Source of the DNA: a bacterium | GTDB taxonomy: Bacteria; Patescibacteriota; Minisyncoccia; Phycocordibacterales; UBA2100 | Assembly (NCBI GenBank): GCA_021781955.1 | Contig: JAJXVV010000004.1 | Location: 1,739 to 65,738, forward strand | Length of the DNA: 64,000 bases | Direction: 5' to 3' | Part shown: positions 1-7,577 of the stretch, one piece after another | Layout of the letters: each line of letters starts with the position of its first letter | Position numbering within the stretch: the stretch's first letter is position 1 | Program-made: the position numbers and the translations under genes | Notes under the pieces: generated by a model | Seen by the model: only the letters and a program-made list of their open reading frames with translations | Told to the model about the DNA's origin: nothing | The model's database searches: none

Positions 1-1
1 G

Positions 2-547
2 CCCAGGCAAGCGCAGCGTTTCGTGCAATTCCTGCTGCGTTCGTCGCCTTCCGCTCGCCGCGAGCTGATCGACGCGATACAACACCTCGGCGGATCGGTC
101 CGGGAGTGCCCGGAGTGCCTGCGGCACCATGCGGGGAGCAAGAAAGTGTGTGCCCTCTGCAGCGATGCGGGGCGCGACGTTCACCTGCTCGCCGTGGTCG
201 CGAACGACGCCGACCTTTCCGCGCTCGAAAAGAGCGGCACGTATCACGGCCGCTACTTCGTGCTCGGCGGCACGCTCCACCTTGGTTCGGAACAGGCGAC
301 CGGTCTGCATCTCAGGGAGCTGCTCCGAAGCGTTCCCGCGCGGCTCGACGCCGGCCTTGAGGAACTTATTCTGGCATTTCCTGCCAACCCGGAAGGCGAT
401 GCGACTGCCGCGCGCTTGCACGCCGAGATTCAGCGGGGTTTCCCCGCCCTCAAAGTGACGATGCTTGGCCGCGGCCTCTCGACCGGATCGGAGCTTGAAT
501 ACGCCGATCATGAGACGCTCAAGAGCGCGTTCGAGAATCGCAGATGA
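2..547 (+). CDS. recR: Recombination protein RecR (5'-truncated by window edge)
   Basis: Frame open from base 2 (PRQAQRFVQFLL); C4 zinc finger CPEC...CALC; Toprim motifs NPEGDATA and GLSTGSELEYAD. Confidence 0.93.
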   Translation, partial: PRQAQRFVQFLLRSSPSARRELIDAIQHLGGSVRECPECLRHHAGSKKVCALCSDAGRDVHLLAVVANDADLSALEKSGTYHGRYFVLGGTLHLGSEQATGLHLRELLRSVPARLDAGLEELILAFPANPEGDATAARLHAEIQRGFPALKVTMLGRGLSTGSELEYADHETLKSAFENRR

Positions 548-556
548 AAAACCGCC

Positions 557-877
557 CTAGGAAAGGGCGGTGATCTTTACTTTGGAGAAAGGCTGACGGT
601 GTCCCTTTTTCTTTGCGTAGCGGCTCTTGGGACGATAGCGTAGGACGGTAACCTTCTTCGCGCGGCCATTCTCGATCAGCTCGGCGGAGACTTTGGCGCC
701 GCTCACGTAGGGAGCGCCCACCTGAGTCTTCGAGCCGTCGTCGGTCAGGAGCACTTTGTCGAACGTGATTTTCGCGCCTTTCTCGGTCGCGCCCGCGAGA
801 CTCTCAACGGTAACGACCGCGCCCTCGGAGACGACGTACTGCTTCCCGCCCGTTTCGATGACCGCTATATTTGCCAT
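557..877 (-). CDS. rplU: 50S ribosomal protein L21
   Basis: AVIETGGKQY and KKGHRQPF signatures. Confidence 0.97.
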   Translation of the reverse strand: MANIAVIETGGKQYVVSEGAVVTVESLAGATEKGAKITFDKVLLTDDGSKTQVGAPYVSGAKVSAELIENGRAKKVTVLRYRPKSRYAKKKGHRQPFSKVKITALS

Positions 878-898
878 AGATGCCGAACTATAACCGAA

Positions 899-1945
899 CT
901 ACTCCTCGCTGGCAAGTGATGGTTTCTCCAATAGTTCCGGCTCGATGCCTACTTTGCTGTCAGCGATGCGGTACACATCTTTGTCGATCTTGCTCAGCTC
1001 CTTGTATCCGCTGTTGTAATGGGAGACGGTCGTGCCGAGCGCGACCCCGAGCTTGCGGTAGTACTGCTCGTAGGAACCGAGGTGCTTCCCGAGCTCCCCG
1101 ACCCGCTTTTGGATCTCTTCTGCCCGTTTCTCGATCTCGAGCGCACGCAAGCCCTGGAGCACCGTTTGCAGGTACGCCAGGAAGGACGTGGGCGAAACGA
1201 TGATCACCTTGTACTTGGAAGCGGCTCGCTGAATAAGATTCTCATCCTCCCCCGCGCCGACCTGATTGGTCAATAGATCGTAGTAAATGCCTTCGCTCGG
1301 GATGAACATGAACGCGAAGTCCATGGTTCCCTCCTCCGGCCGGATGTACTTCGCGGTCTCTTGGATGCGGAGTTTGAGGTCGTTGACAAATGCCTTCTCC
1401 AACGCCGCGCGCTCGGGAGAACCAAGCATCGCGCCTATCATGCGATTGTAATTCTCAAGCGAGAACTTGGAGTCTATCGGCACAAGCTTGTCATTGACGT
1501 ACACGGCCGCGTCCACGATCTCGCCGTTGCTGAACGGGTGCTGCATCTTGTACATGCCGGGCGGGAGCACATTCTTGAGCACGGTCTCAAGGTAGTATTC
1601 GCCCAGTATCCCGCGCTGCTTCGGGTTCTTCAGGATATCCTGGAGCGACTTGAGCTGCTCGGCGAACGATTGCGTCTGCCTGCCGATCTCCTTGACCGAG
1701 GTTATCTCCTGCGTGATCTCGCGGATGATGCGGGTCGATTCGCCGAGCTGGCTTCGCATCGTATCGTGCATCTGTTTACTCGATTCGTGCAGGCGCATGT
1801 TGAGCGAACGAGAGAGCTCCTGCATCTGGTTCTGCAGCAGCATGAGCCCTTGGCCATCGTCTTTCGATGCCGGCGGCTTACGCAAGAGCAGAAGCGCAAG
1901 TAACGCGACCGATACGACCAACAGTCCGACTATCAGCCATTCCAT
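899..1945 (-). CDS. rmuC: DNA recombination protein RmuC
   Basis: N-terminal TM helix, coiled coil, RGILGE, IDSKF, FMFIPSE and VSPT motifs; start moved to MEWLIV (TGcTACCAT 6 nt upstream). Confidence 0.9.
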   Translation of the reverse strand: MEWLIVGLLVVSVALLALLLLRKPPASKDDGQGLMLLQNQMQELSRSLNMRLHESSKQMHDTMRSQLGESTRIIREITQEITSVKEIGRQTQSFAEQLKSLQDILKNPKQRGILGEYYLETVLKNVLPPGMYKMQHPFSNGEIVDAAVYVNDKLVPIDSKFSLENYNRMIGAMLGSPERAALEKAFVNDLKLRIQETAKYIRPEEGTMDFAFMFIPSEGIYYDLLTNQVGAGEDENLIQRAASKYKVIIVSPTSFLAYLQTVLQGLRALEIEKRAEEIQKRVGELGKHLGSYEQYYRKLGVALGTTVSHYNSGYKELSKIDKDVYRIADSKVGIEPELLEKPSLASEE

Positions 1946-1977
1946 GCCCGCATGGTAGCACATGCTATACTGCCGCC

Positions 1978-2430
1978 ATGTTGACCACACAGATTCGTGC
2001 CGACATGGTCGCCGCCATGAAGGCCAAAGACCGTGTGGAAGTAAATACCTTGCGCGGCGCCATGACCGCTTTTACGAATGAATTGGTCGCCAAGGGCCGC
2101 AAGCCGACCGACGAACTCGCCGACTCGGAGGCGGTGGCCGTCCTCAAGCGGCTCGCCAAACAACGCAAGGAAGCAGCCGACGTGTATGCCAAAGGCGGCC
2201 GTGCCGAGCTCGCAGAGAAGGAGCTTGCGGAATTAAAGATCATCGAAGCATATCTGCCGCACATGGCAAGCGAGACCGATATCGAGAAGGTCGCACGCGC
2301 AAAAATGGCCGAGCTCGGCGTTGCCGACGTCTCGGGCATCGGCAAACTGACCGGCATCGTCATGAAAGAGTTCGGCGGCAACGCCGACGGCCAAGTGGTC
2401 AAAACCGTGCTCGCGCGCCTCTTGAACTAA
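1978..2430 (+). CDS. GatB/YqeY domain protein
   Basis: AMKAKD...KQRKEAADVYAKGGR...AYLP...MKEFGGNADG pattern typical of YqeY. Confidence 0.9.
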   Translation: MLTTQIRADMVAAMKAKDRVEVNTLRGAMTAFTNELVAKGRKPTDELADSEAVAVLKRLAKQRKEAADVYAKGGRAELAEKELAELKIIEAYLPHMASETDIEKVARAKMAELGVADVSGIGKLTGIVMKEFGGNADGQVVKTVLARLLN

Positions 2431-3575
2431 CGAGCCTCGCTCCACGCGAGGGCCGCAGCGCTTACTGCGGCGAGGGAGAAGACGACCGCGATGGCGGCAG
2501 GCGTGGCGATGAGCAATGCGAGCGCTGCGCCGAGCGCGGCACACGCGAGCCTGCCTCCCTGGAGCGCTATCTCCTTGAGCGCGGTGTATTCATCGACGAG
2601 CGAACCGCCATCAGCGCTTTGTTCGAATGCGAGCGAATCAATGCCATGCCTGTTGGGCGCAGTCGCCCGCGAATAGGTGTCGATCAGCACCACGCTGAAC
2701 GCGCCCGAAGCCACGAACTTGAACACCCACGGCGATGCCGCCAAGAGCATGGCGAGGTAGCGGGAGTCTTTCGACGCGCTCCGCTCCAAAAACCGTCGCA
2801 GAGGCGCGCGCGATAAGAGCGAGACGAGGAAGGTGAGGGACAAGAGCGCGCCGACGACCGCGAACGATCGCCACACGAGCAAGAAAATGATCATCGGCCA
2901 GAAAAGCAGGAGCGCCGTGCCCGCAACGCCGTCCCAGAACGCGCGCGAGACCAGCGTGCGATTTTCGAGCAAAAAGAGCCTATCGAACGTCTCGCGGAAA
3001 TCCCACGAGAAATCTTCAGGCACATCGCGCACATAGATGAACGGTATGAACGAGAGCGCGGCGAGCGCTGCGGCGAAGAAAAACAGCCACGCCGCACCGA
3101 GCGGATAGGCGGCGATGATCCAACCGGCGAGCGCGGGCGCAAGCGCGATAAGAACTTCGCGCCGCGTTGAAAAGCCCGCGCGACCGGTCTCGGCCGCTTC
3201 CATCTGGTACGGCACCCAGTAGAGCGCGCGGTACATGCCGAGCGTGAGCGCGAAGCACACCACCCCGACGCGTATCGCGATGTCGGGCCAGACGCCGGAG
3301 AAGAGCGCACCGGCGGTGACGAGGCTCGTTACGACCGCGAGCAGCGCGTAAAGGAGCGGCCGCTGCGCGCCATGCCGCAGCTCCCGCGCCGCGAGCGGCG
3401 TCAGCAAAAGCGTCGTGAGCGATGAGAGTGCGTACAAAAACGCGGTCTGCGCGACCGCGAAATCAATGTTGCCGCGAGTATACAGAAAATACTGGAAGAA
3501 CATGAGCCACGCGAACGCACTCGTGAGCACGAGCGCGGAACGCAACATGACACGATGGACGGAAAGCGGCTGCAT
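2427..3575 (-). CDS. Divergent MFS-like multi-pass membrane protein
   Basis: About 11-12 hydrophobic segments in two halves, 382 aa. Confidence 0.6.
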   Translation of the reverse strand: MQPLSVHRVMLRSALVLTSAFAWLMFFQYFLYTRGNIDFAVAQTAFLYALSSLTTLLLTPLAARELRHGAQRPLLYALLAVVTSLVTAGALFSGVWPDIAIRVGVVCFALTLGMYRALYWVPYQMEAAETGRAGFSTRREVLIALAPALAGWIIAAYPLGAAWLFFFAAALAALSFIPFIYVRDVPEDFSWDFRETFDRLFLLENRTLVSRAFWDGVAGTALLLFWPMIIFLLVWRSFAVVGALLSLTFLVSLLSRAPLRRFLERSASKDSRYLAMLLAASPWVFKFVASGAFSVVLIDTYSRATAPNRHGIDSLAFEQSADGGSLVDEYTALKEIALQGGRLACAALGAALALLIATPAAIAVVFSLAAVSAAALAWSEAR

Positions 3576-3591
3576 GCGCTTCAGTATAAAC

Positions 3592-3622
3592 GAAAACAGC
3601 CCCGGCATATGCCGGGGCTGTT
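3592..3622 (-). terminator. Intrinsic terminator after RNA-binding protein gene
   Basis: Perfect stem AACAGCCCCGGC-ATAT-GCCGGGGCTGTT, ending in a T run on the minus strand. Confidence 0.8.
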
Positions 3623-3651
3623 CGTAATTCGGTCGGCAAAGCCGACTCGAA

Positions 3652-3948
3652 CTACCAGCGTCCGCCGCCGCCGTTGCCGCCGCGGAAATCGCGGCGAGGC
3701 TCCATCGGGCGAGCTTCGTTCACCGTGAGCGTGCGACCTCCGAAATCCTTGCCGTTCCACTGGTCGATCGCCGTCTGCGCCTCCTCGTCGGAGGACATCT
3801 CGACGAAACCAAAACCCTTGGAGCGGCCGGTCATCTTGTCCATAATGATCACCGCCGAAGTGACGGAACCACACTGGGCGAAGGCGTCCTTGAGCTCGGA
3901 GTCGGTCGTTGCGTAAGGCAAACCGCCGACGTATAGCTTCTTAGCCAT
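3652..3948 (-). CDS. RRM (RNP-1) RNA-binding protein with Gly-rich tail
   Basis: RNP2 LYVGGL and RNP1 KGFGFVEM. Confidence 0.95.
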   Translation of the reverse strand: MAKKLYVGGLPYATTDSELKDAFAQCGSVTSAVIIMDKMTGRSKGFGFVEMSSDEEAQTAIDQWNGKDFGGRTLTVNEARPMEPRRDFRGGNGGGGRW

Positions 3949-4081
3949 TGTCTTGTGTATTGTTTTTTCTAAACATGTAAACCGACCTTTCCCCTGCCCT
4001 GTCGGTTCGCGACCCAGCCGAGAAAACGTACATTCGATACTATCTTGCCGCCTTCATGGAATTTGTCAAGCGCACATCGGG

Positions 4082-4153
4082 TGGACCAGAGGGGAATCGG
4101 ACCCCTGACCTTCTCATTGCAAATGAGACGTTCTACCACTGAACTACTGGCCC
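4082..4153 (-). tRNA. tRNA-Ala(UGC)
   Basis: Cloverleaf; acceptor GGGCCAG/CTGGTCC with G3:U70; anticodon loop TTTGCAA; CCA not encoded. Confidence 0.93.
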
Positions 4154-4177
4154 GAGAGATTGAACTGTACCATTCCG

Positions 4178-5146
4178 CTAGACTCGCGCCAACTGAATGG
4201 AATGTTCGAGGAACTCGCGCACCGACGAACCCACCGACTCGAGCATTGGCGGCAAAGATGATCCTTGGTAGAGGCCGGGCGTCGTGTTGACCTCGAGCAA
4301 TACGGGACCGCGCGGCGTAAGGATGATGTCGGCACGCGAAAAGTGCGAAAGGCCGAGCGCGCGGTGCGCTTTGCGCGCCATTTCGGCGAGCGCGGCTTTT
4401 TCTGCATGAGAGAAGTTGCTCGGCACGACGTGCGAGAGCGTTCCCTCCTCATGCGCGCGCGGCGACATAAAAGAGAGGTCGGCCGGGAGCACCACGCGCG
4501 CAGGCGGCAACACGTAAAGCGGTTCGTTGCGGAAATCTTCGATGACGGCGACGCTCGCCTCTTGTCCGCGTACGAACTCCTCGACGAGCGCGGTGCCGAA
4601 GGCGTCGAGGATATCGCCGATCGCGTCCGGCAGCTCGAGCAGGGTCGCCGCTATGATGATTCCGGTGGCCGCGCCCTCCGATGATGGCTTGATCACGTAC
4701 GGCGGTCCGAACTGTTTGAAAACGAATCGCGCCATTTCGGCGGTCGTCATGCCGTCGCGCAGCGAAAGCGCAACGGCTCGCGGCATGCGGATACCCGCGC
4801 CCTCGAGTGTCTCGTGCGCGCGTATCTTATTGAGCGCTGCGGACGCTCCCGCCGCGCGCGAGCCGACGTATGGCACGCTCGCGCGATCGAGTATGCGTTG
4901 TACCGTGCCATCCTCGCCAGCCCCGCCATGGAGGGCGTTCAAAACGACATCGACTTGCGAGAGGGCGCGCGCCGGATCGACCGGCGTACCGCGCACATGC
5001 CAATAGCCTCGCTTATCGATGAAAATGTCGCGGGTGTCGTAGCGTTCCTCGGAGAGCGCCGAAATTATCGCGGCGCCCGTTCTGAGCGACAGGTTGTACT
5101 CGCTTGAAGCGCCGCCACGCAACACGCCGACCGCTGTCCGTGCCAT
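4178..5146 (-). CDS. ddl: D-alanine--D-alanine ligase family protein
   Basis: GGASSEYNLS, LHGGAGEDG and LEVNTTPGL ATP-grasp motifs. Confidence 0.9.
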   Translation of the reverse strand: MARTAVGVLRGGASSEYNLSLRTGAAIISALSEERYDTRDIFIDKRGYWHVRGTPVDPARALSQVDVVLNALHGGAGEDGTVQRILDRASVPYVGSRAAGASAALNKIRAHETLEGAGIRMPRAVALSLRDGMTTAEMARFVFKQFGPPYVIKPSSEGAATGIIIAATLLELPDAIGDILDAFGTALVEEFVRGQEASVAVIEDFRNEPLYVLPPARVVLPADLSFMSPRAHEEGTLSHVVPSNFSHAEKAALAEMARKAHRALGLSHFSRADIILTPRGPVLLEVNTTPGLYQGSSLPPMLESVGSSVREFLEHSIQLARV

Positions 5147-5150
5147 CTGC

Positions 5151-6398
5151 TCAGTATACCATCGCCTTGCGACGCCTCGCGCGATGCCACGCGATCGCGA
5201 AGCGATGCGCCTCGTTGTTGGCGAGCAATATGGCGCGCTCATGCCCGGCAATGGCCGCTTGATCGCCAATGAGGCGTTCCGGTTTGTGCGCTCTGTTCTT
5301 TACGACGCCGACAATCGCCGCTTCGATGCCTGCCTCTCGCAACACGCGGCGCGCCGCGCTCATTTGTGCGTTTCCACCGTCCACGACGAAGACCTGCGGC
5401 AGCGGCCATTCGGGATGGCCGAGCCGCCGCGTAAGCGCCTCGGCGAGCGATGCGATATCATCGTTGGTTGCGCCGCGTACCTTGAACTTGCGGTATGCGG
5501 CGGGATGTTTTTCGCCGTCGAGGACGACCGTCATCACGGCGACCGTCTCGCTGCCGCCCGTGTGCGCGACATCGTACGCTTCGATGCGCACACGGTGGCG
5601 CGAAGGTCCGCCCGACGACATGCGACCCTCCCGTTTAATGAGCGAGACGTCGCGAATATGCTCAAGCGCGCCGATTTGTTTCCGCAGGCGCGCCGCTTCT
5701 TCGAAGCGTTCCGCGGATGCGGCGGCTCGCATCTGCGATGCGAGCCGCCGCTTGAGCCCATGGAAATTCGCGGAGAAGAGATCGCGGACGTTGCGGACGA
5801 CCCGCGCATACTCTGCCTTCGTTATCTCGCCCGTACATACGCCGGGACATAGCCCCAGTTGCCTGTTGAAACAGGGCTTGCAGGCTTTATCTTTCCCTTC
5901 GCCGCATGGCGTGCATTTCGAGTCGCGGAATGGGAATATCCGCCGGACTATCTTCATCGCTTCCTGCAACTGCATACCATGCGGGAACGGGCCGAACGTG
6001 CTCGCGATATCTCTCTTGTCCCACTTCGCGTGCAGCTCTCTCCCTCGCACCACCAAGACACGCGGGAACGCCTCTTTTGTGATGACGACGTAGTTGAAGC
6101 TCGTGTTGTCTTTCTCATCGACGTTGTACGGCGGCTGATGCCGCTTGATGAGCTCCGCTTCCAAGAGGAGCGCCTCAAGCACAGAGCCCGTCTCCTGCCA
6201 CGAGAGCGTATTCGCCTCTTCGATCATGCGCACGATGCGCGGCCCGCGCGCCTCGGCGAGATCGGCAGCGAAATAACTGCGCACCCGGCCGCGCAGCGAG
6301 GTCGCCTTACCGACGTAGAGAATGTGCCTGCCTTTCTTGAACAGGTACACGCCCGGATCATCGGGCAATGGGTACGCTTTGAGGTCCATCTTCCGCAT
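5151..6398 (-). CDS. uvrC: Excinuclease ABC subunit C, short form without C-terminal HhH
   Basis: GIY-YIG (PGVYLF...YVGKA), Cys-rich motif, UVR domain (FEEAARLR), RNase H-like half (IEAYD, VVDGG, EAHRFAI). Confidence 0.88.
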   Translation of the reverse strand: MRKMDLKAYPLPDDPGVYLFKKGRHILYVGKATSLRGRVRSYFAADLAEARGPRIVRMIEEANTLSWQETGSVLEALLLEAELIKRHQPPYNVDEKDNTSFNYVVITKEAFPRVLVVRGRELHAKWDKRDIASTFGPFPHGMQLQEAMKIVRRIFPFRDSKCTPCGEGKDKACKPCFNRQLGLCPGVCTGEITKAEYARVVRNVRDLFSANFHGLKRRLASQMRAAASAERFEEAARLRKQIGALEHIRDVSLIKREGRMSSGGPSRHRVRIEAYDVAHTGGSETVAVMTVVLDGEKHPAAYRKFKVRGATNDDIASLAEALTRRLGHPEWPLPQVFVVDGGNAQMSAARRVLREAGIEAAIVGVVKNRAHKPERLIGDQAAIAGHERAILLANNEAHRFAIAWHRARRRKAMVY

Positions 6399-6416
6399 GG
6401 CGTGAGTATACGCAGT

Positions 6417-6548
6417 TTGACAAAAAATCGAAGACCGCTAGACTTAGGCTTTAATGTACTCTCGCAAGAAAAAGCACACGAGCACCCGCGAGGGTGTATT
6501 TTTCTACCTATTCGTTTCCTCCGCCACCTGCGGACTTTTTATTGCGGT
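6417..6548 (+). promoter_or_regulatory. carAB promoter and structured leader
   Basis: TTGACA (6417-6422)-N16-TAGACT (6439-6444); hairpin CACCC-GCGA-GGGTG followed by TATTTTTCT; second hairpin TCCGC/GCGGA followed by CTTTTT. Confidence 0.55.
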
Positions 6549-6552
6549 ATGA
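6454..6552 (+). CDS. Putative 32-aa leader peptide (uORF) overlapping the carA start
   Basis: MYSRKKKHTSTREGVFFYLFVSSATCGLFIAV*; its TGA overlaps the carA ATG (ATGA). Confidence 0.35.
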   Translation: MYSRKKKHTSTREGVFFYLFVSSATCGLFIAV

Positions 6553-7577
6553 AGCTCTTCCTCGAAGACGGCACTTTGACGGCTGGCGAGAGCTTCGGAG
6601 CGCCGATCGATGCCGCAGGCGAGGTCGTGTTCAACACGGGCATGACGGGCTACGTCGAGAGCTTTACCGATCCATCATACGCCGGACAGATCGTCGTGCT
6701 CACCTACCCGCTCATTGGCAACTACGGCGTCCCCGATCCCTCCGCCTGGGAATCGGCCAAAGTGCACATCGCGGGACTCATCGTAAGCGAGTACTCGGCG
6801 CAATATTCGCACTTCGACGCGCAACGCTCGCTTTCTGAATGGCTCAAGGCCGCCGGCGTGCCGGCGATAAGCGGCGTCGATACGCGCGCCCTCACCAAAA
6901 GACTCCGCGAGCACGGGATCATGCTCGGCCAGCTCTCGCATTCCGGAAAGAAAGGTGCGTTCGTCGACCCGAATGCCGACAACCTCGTCGCGAAAGTCAG
7001 CGTGAAGGCGCCTTCCCTACATGGCAGCGGACCGAAGAAGATCATCGCGATCGATTGCGGCATGAAGGAGAACATCATGCGCAGCCTCGTGCGGCCGGAG
7101 ACGACCGTTGTCCGCGTGCCCTGGGACCACGATTTCACCCGCGATGCGTACGACGCGCTCTTCATATCGAACGGTCCAGGCGATCCTACCCGATGCGTCG
7201 CGACGATCGAACATATTCGCCAGGCGATGACGGCCGGCAAGCCGATACTCGGCATCTGCCTCGGCAACCAACTCCTCTCGCTTGCTGCCGGCGGCAAAAC
7301 CTACAAGCTCAAGTACGGACATCGCGGACAAAATCAGCCTGCGCTCGAAAAGGGCACCGATCGTTGCTTTATCACCTCACAGAACCACGGCTTTGCGGTC
7401 GATCCCAAAAAGCTCTCGAAGGAGTGGGACGAATGGTTCGTCAATGGCAACGACGGCTCGAACGAAGGCGTGCGCCACAAGACGAAGCCGTGGCGCTCGG
7501 TCCAGTTCCATCCCGAAGCCTGCCCCGGCCCTACCGACACCGCCTGGATATTCGACGAATTCATCGAAACGATATGA
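6549..7577 (+). CDS. carA: Carbamoyl-phosphate synthase small subunit
   Basis: GEVVFNTGMTGY, SNGPGDP, GICLGNQ, QFHPEA. Confidence 0.97.
   Translation: MKLFLEDGTLTAGESFGAPIDAAGEVVFNTGMTGYVESFTDPSYAGQIVVLTYPLIGNYGVPDPSAWESAKVHIAGLIVSEYSAQYSHFDAQRSLSEWLKAAGVPAISGVDTRALTKRLREHGIMLGQLSHSGKKGAFVDPNADNLVAKVSVKAPSLHGSGPKKIIAIDCGMKENIMRSLVRPETTVVRVPWDHDFTRDAYDALFISNGPGDPTRCVATIEHIRQAMTAGKPILGICLGNQLLSLAAGGKTYKLKYGHRGQNQPALEKGTDRCFITSQNHGFAVDPKKLSKEWDEWFVNGNDGSNEGVRHKTKPWRSVQFHPEACPGPTDTAWIFDEFIETI

Noticed and set aside
6445-6548. PyrR-binding attenuator
   Set aside because: PyrR consensus (AGTCCAGnGAGGCT-like) not present and no pyrR in the window
5859-7573. Long N-terminal extensions of CarA and CarB in the ORF track (also tyrS, ddl, purF, parB, murB)
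   Set aside because: They overlap neighbouring genes; homology starts at downstream ATGs, often with a -10 box or ATGA coupling
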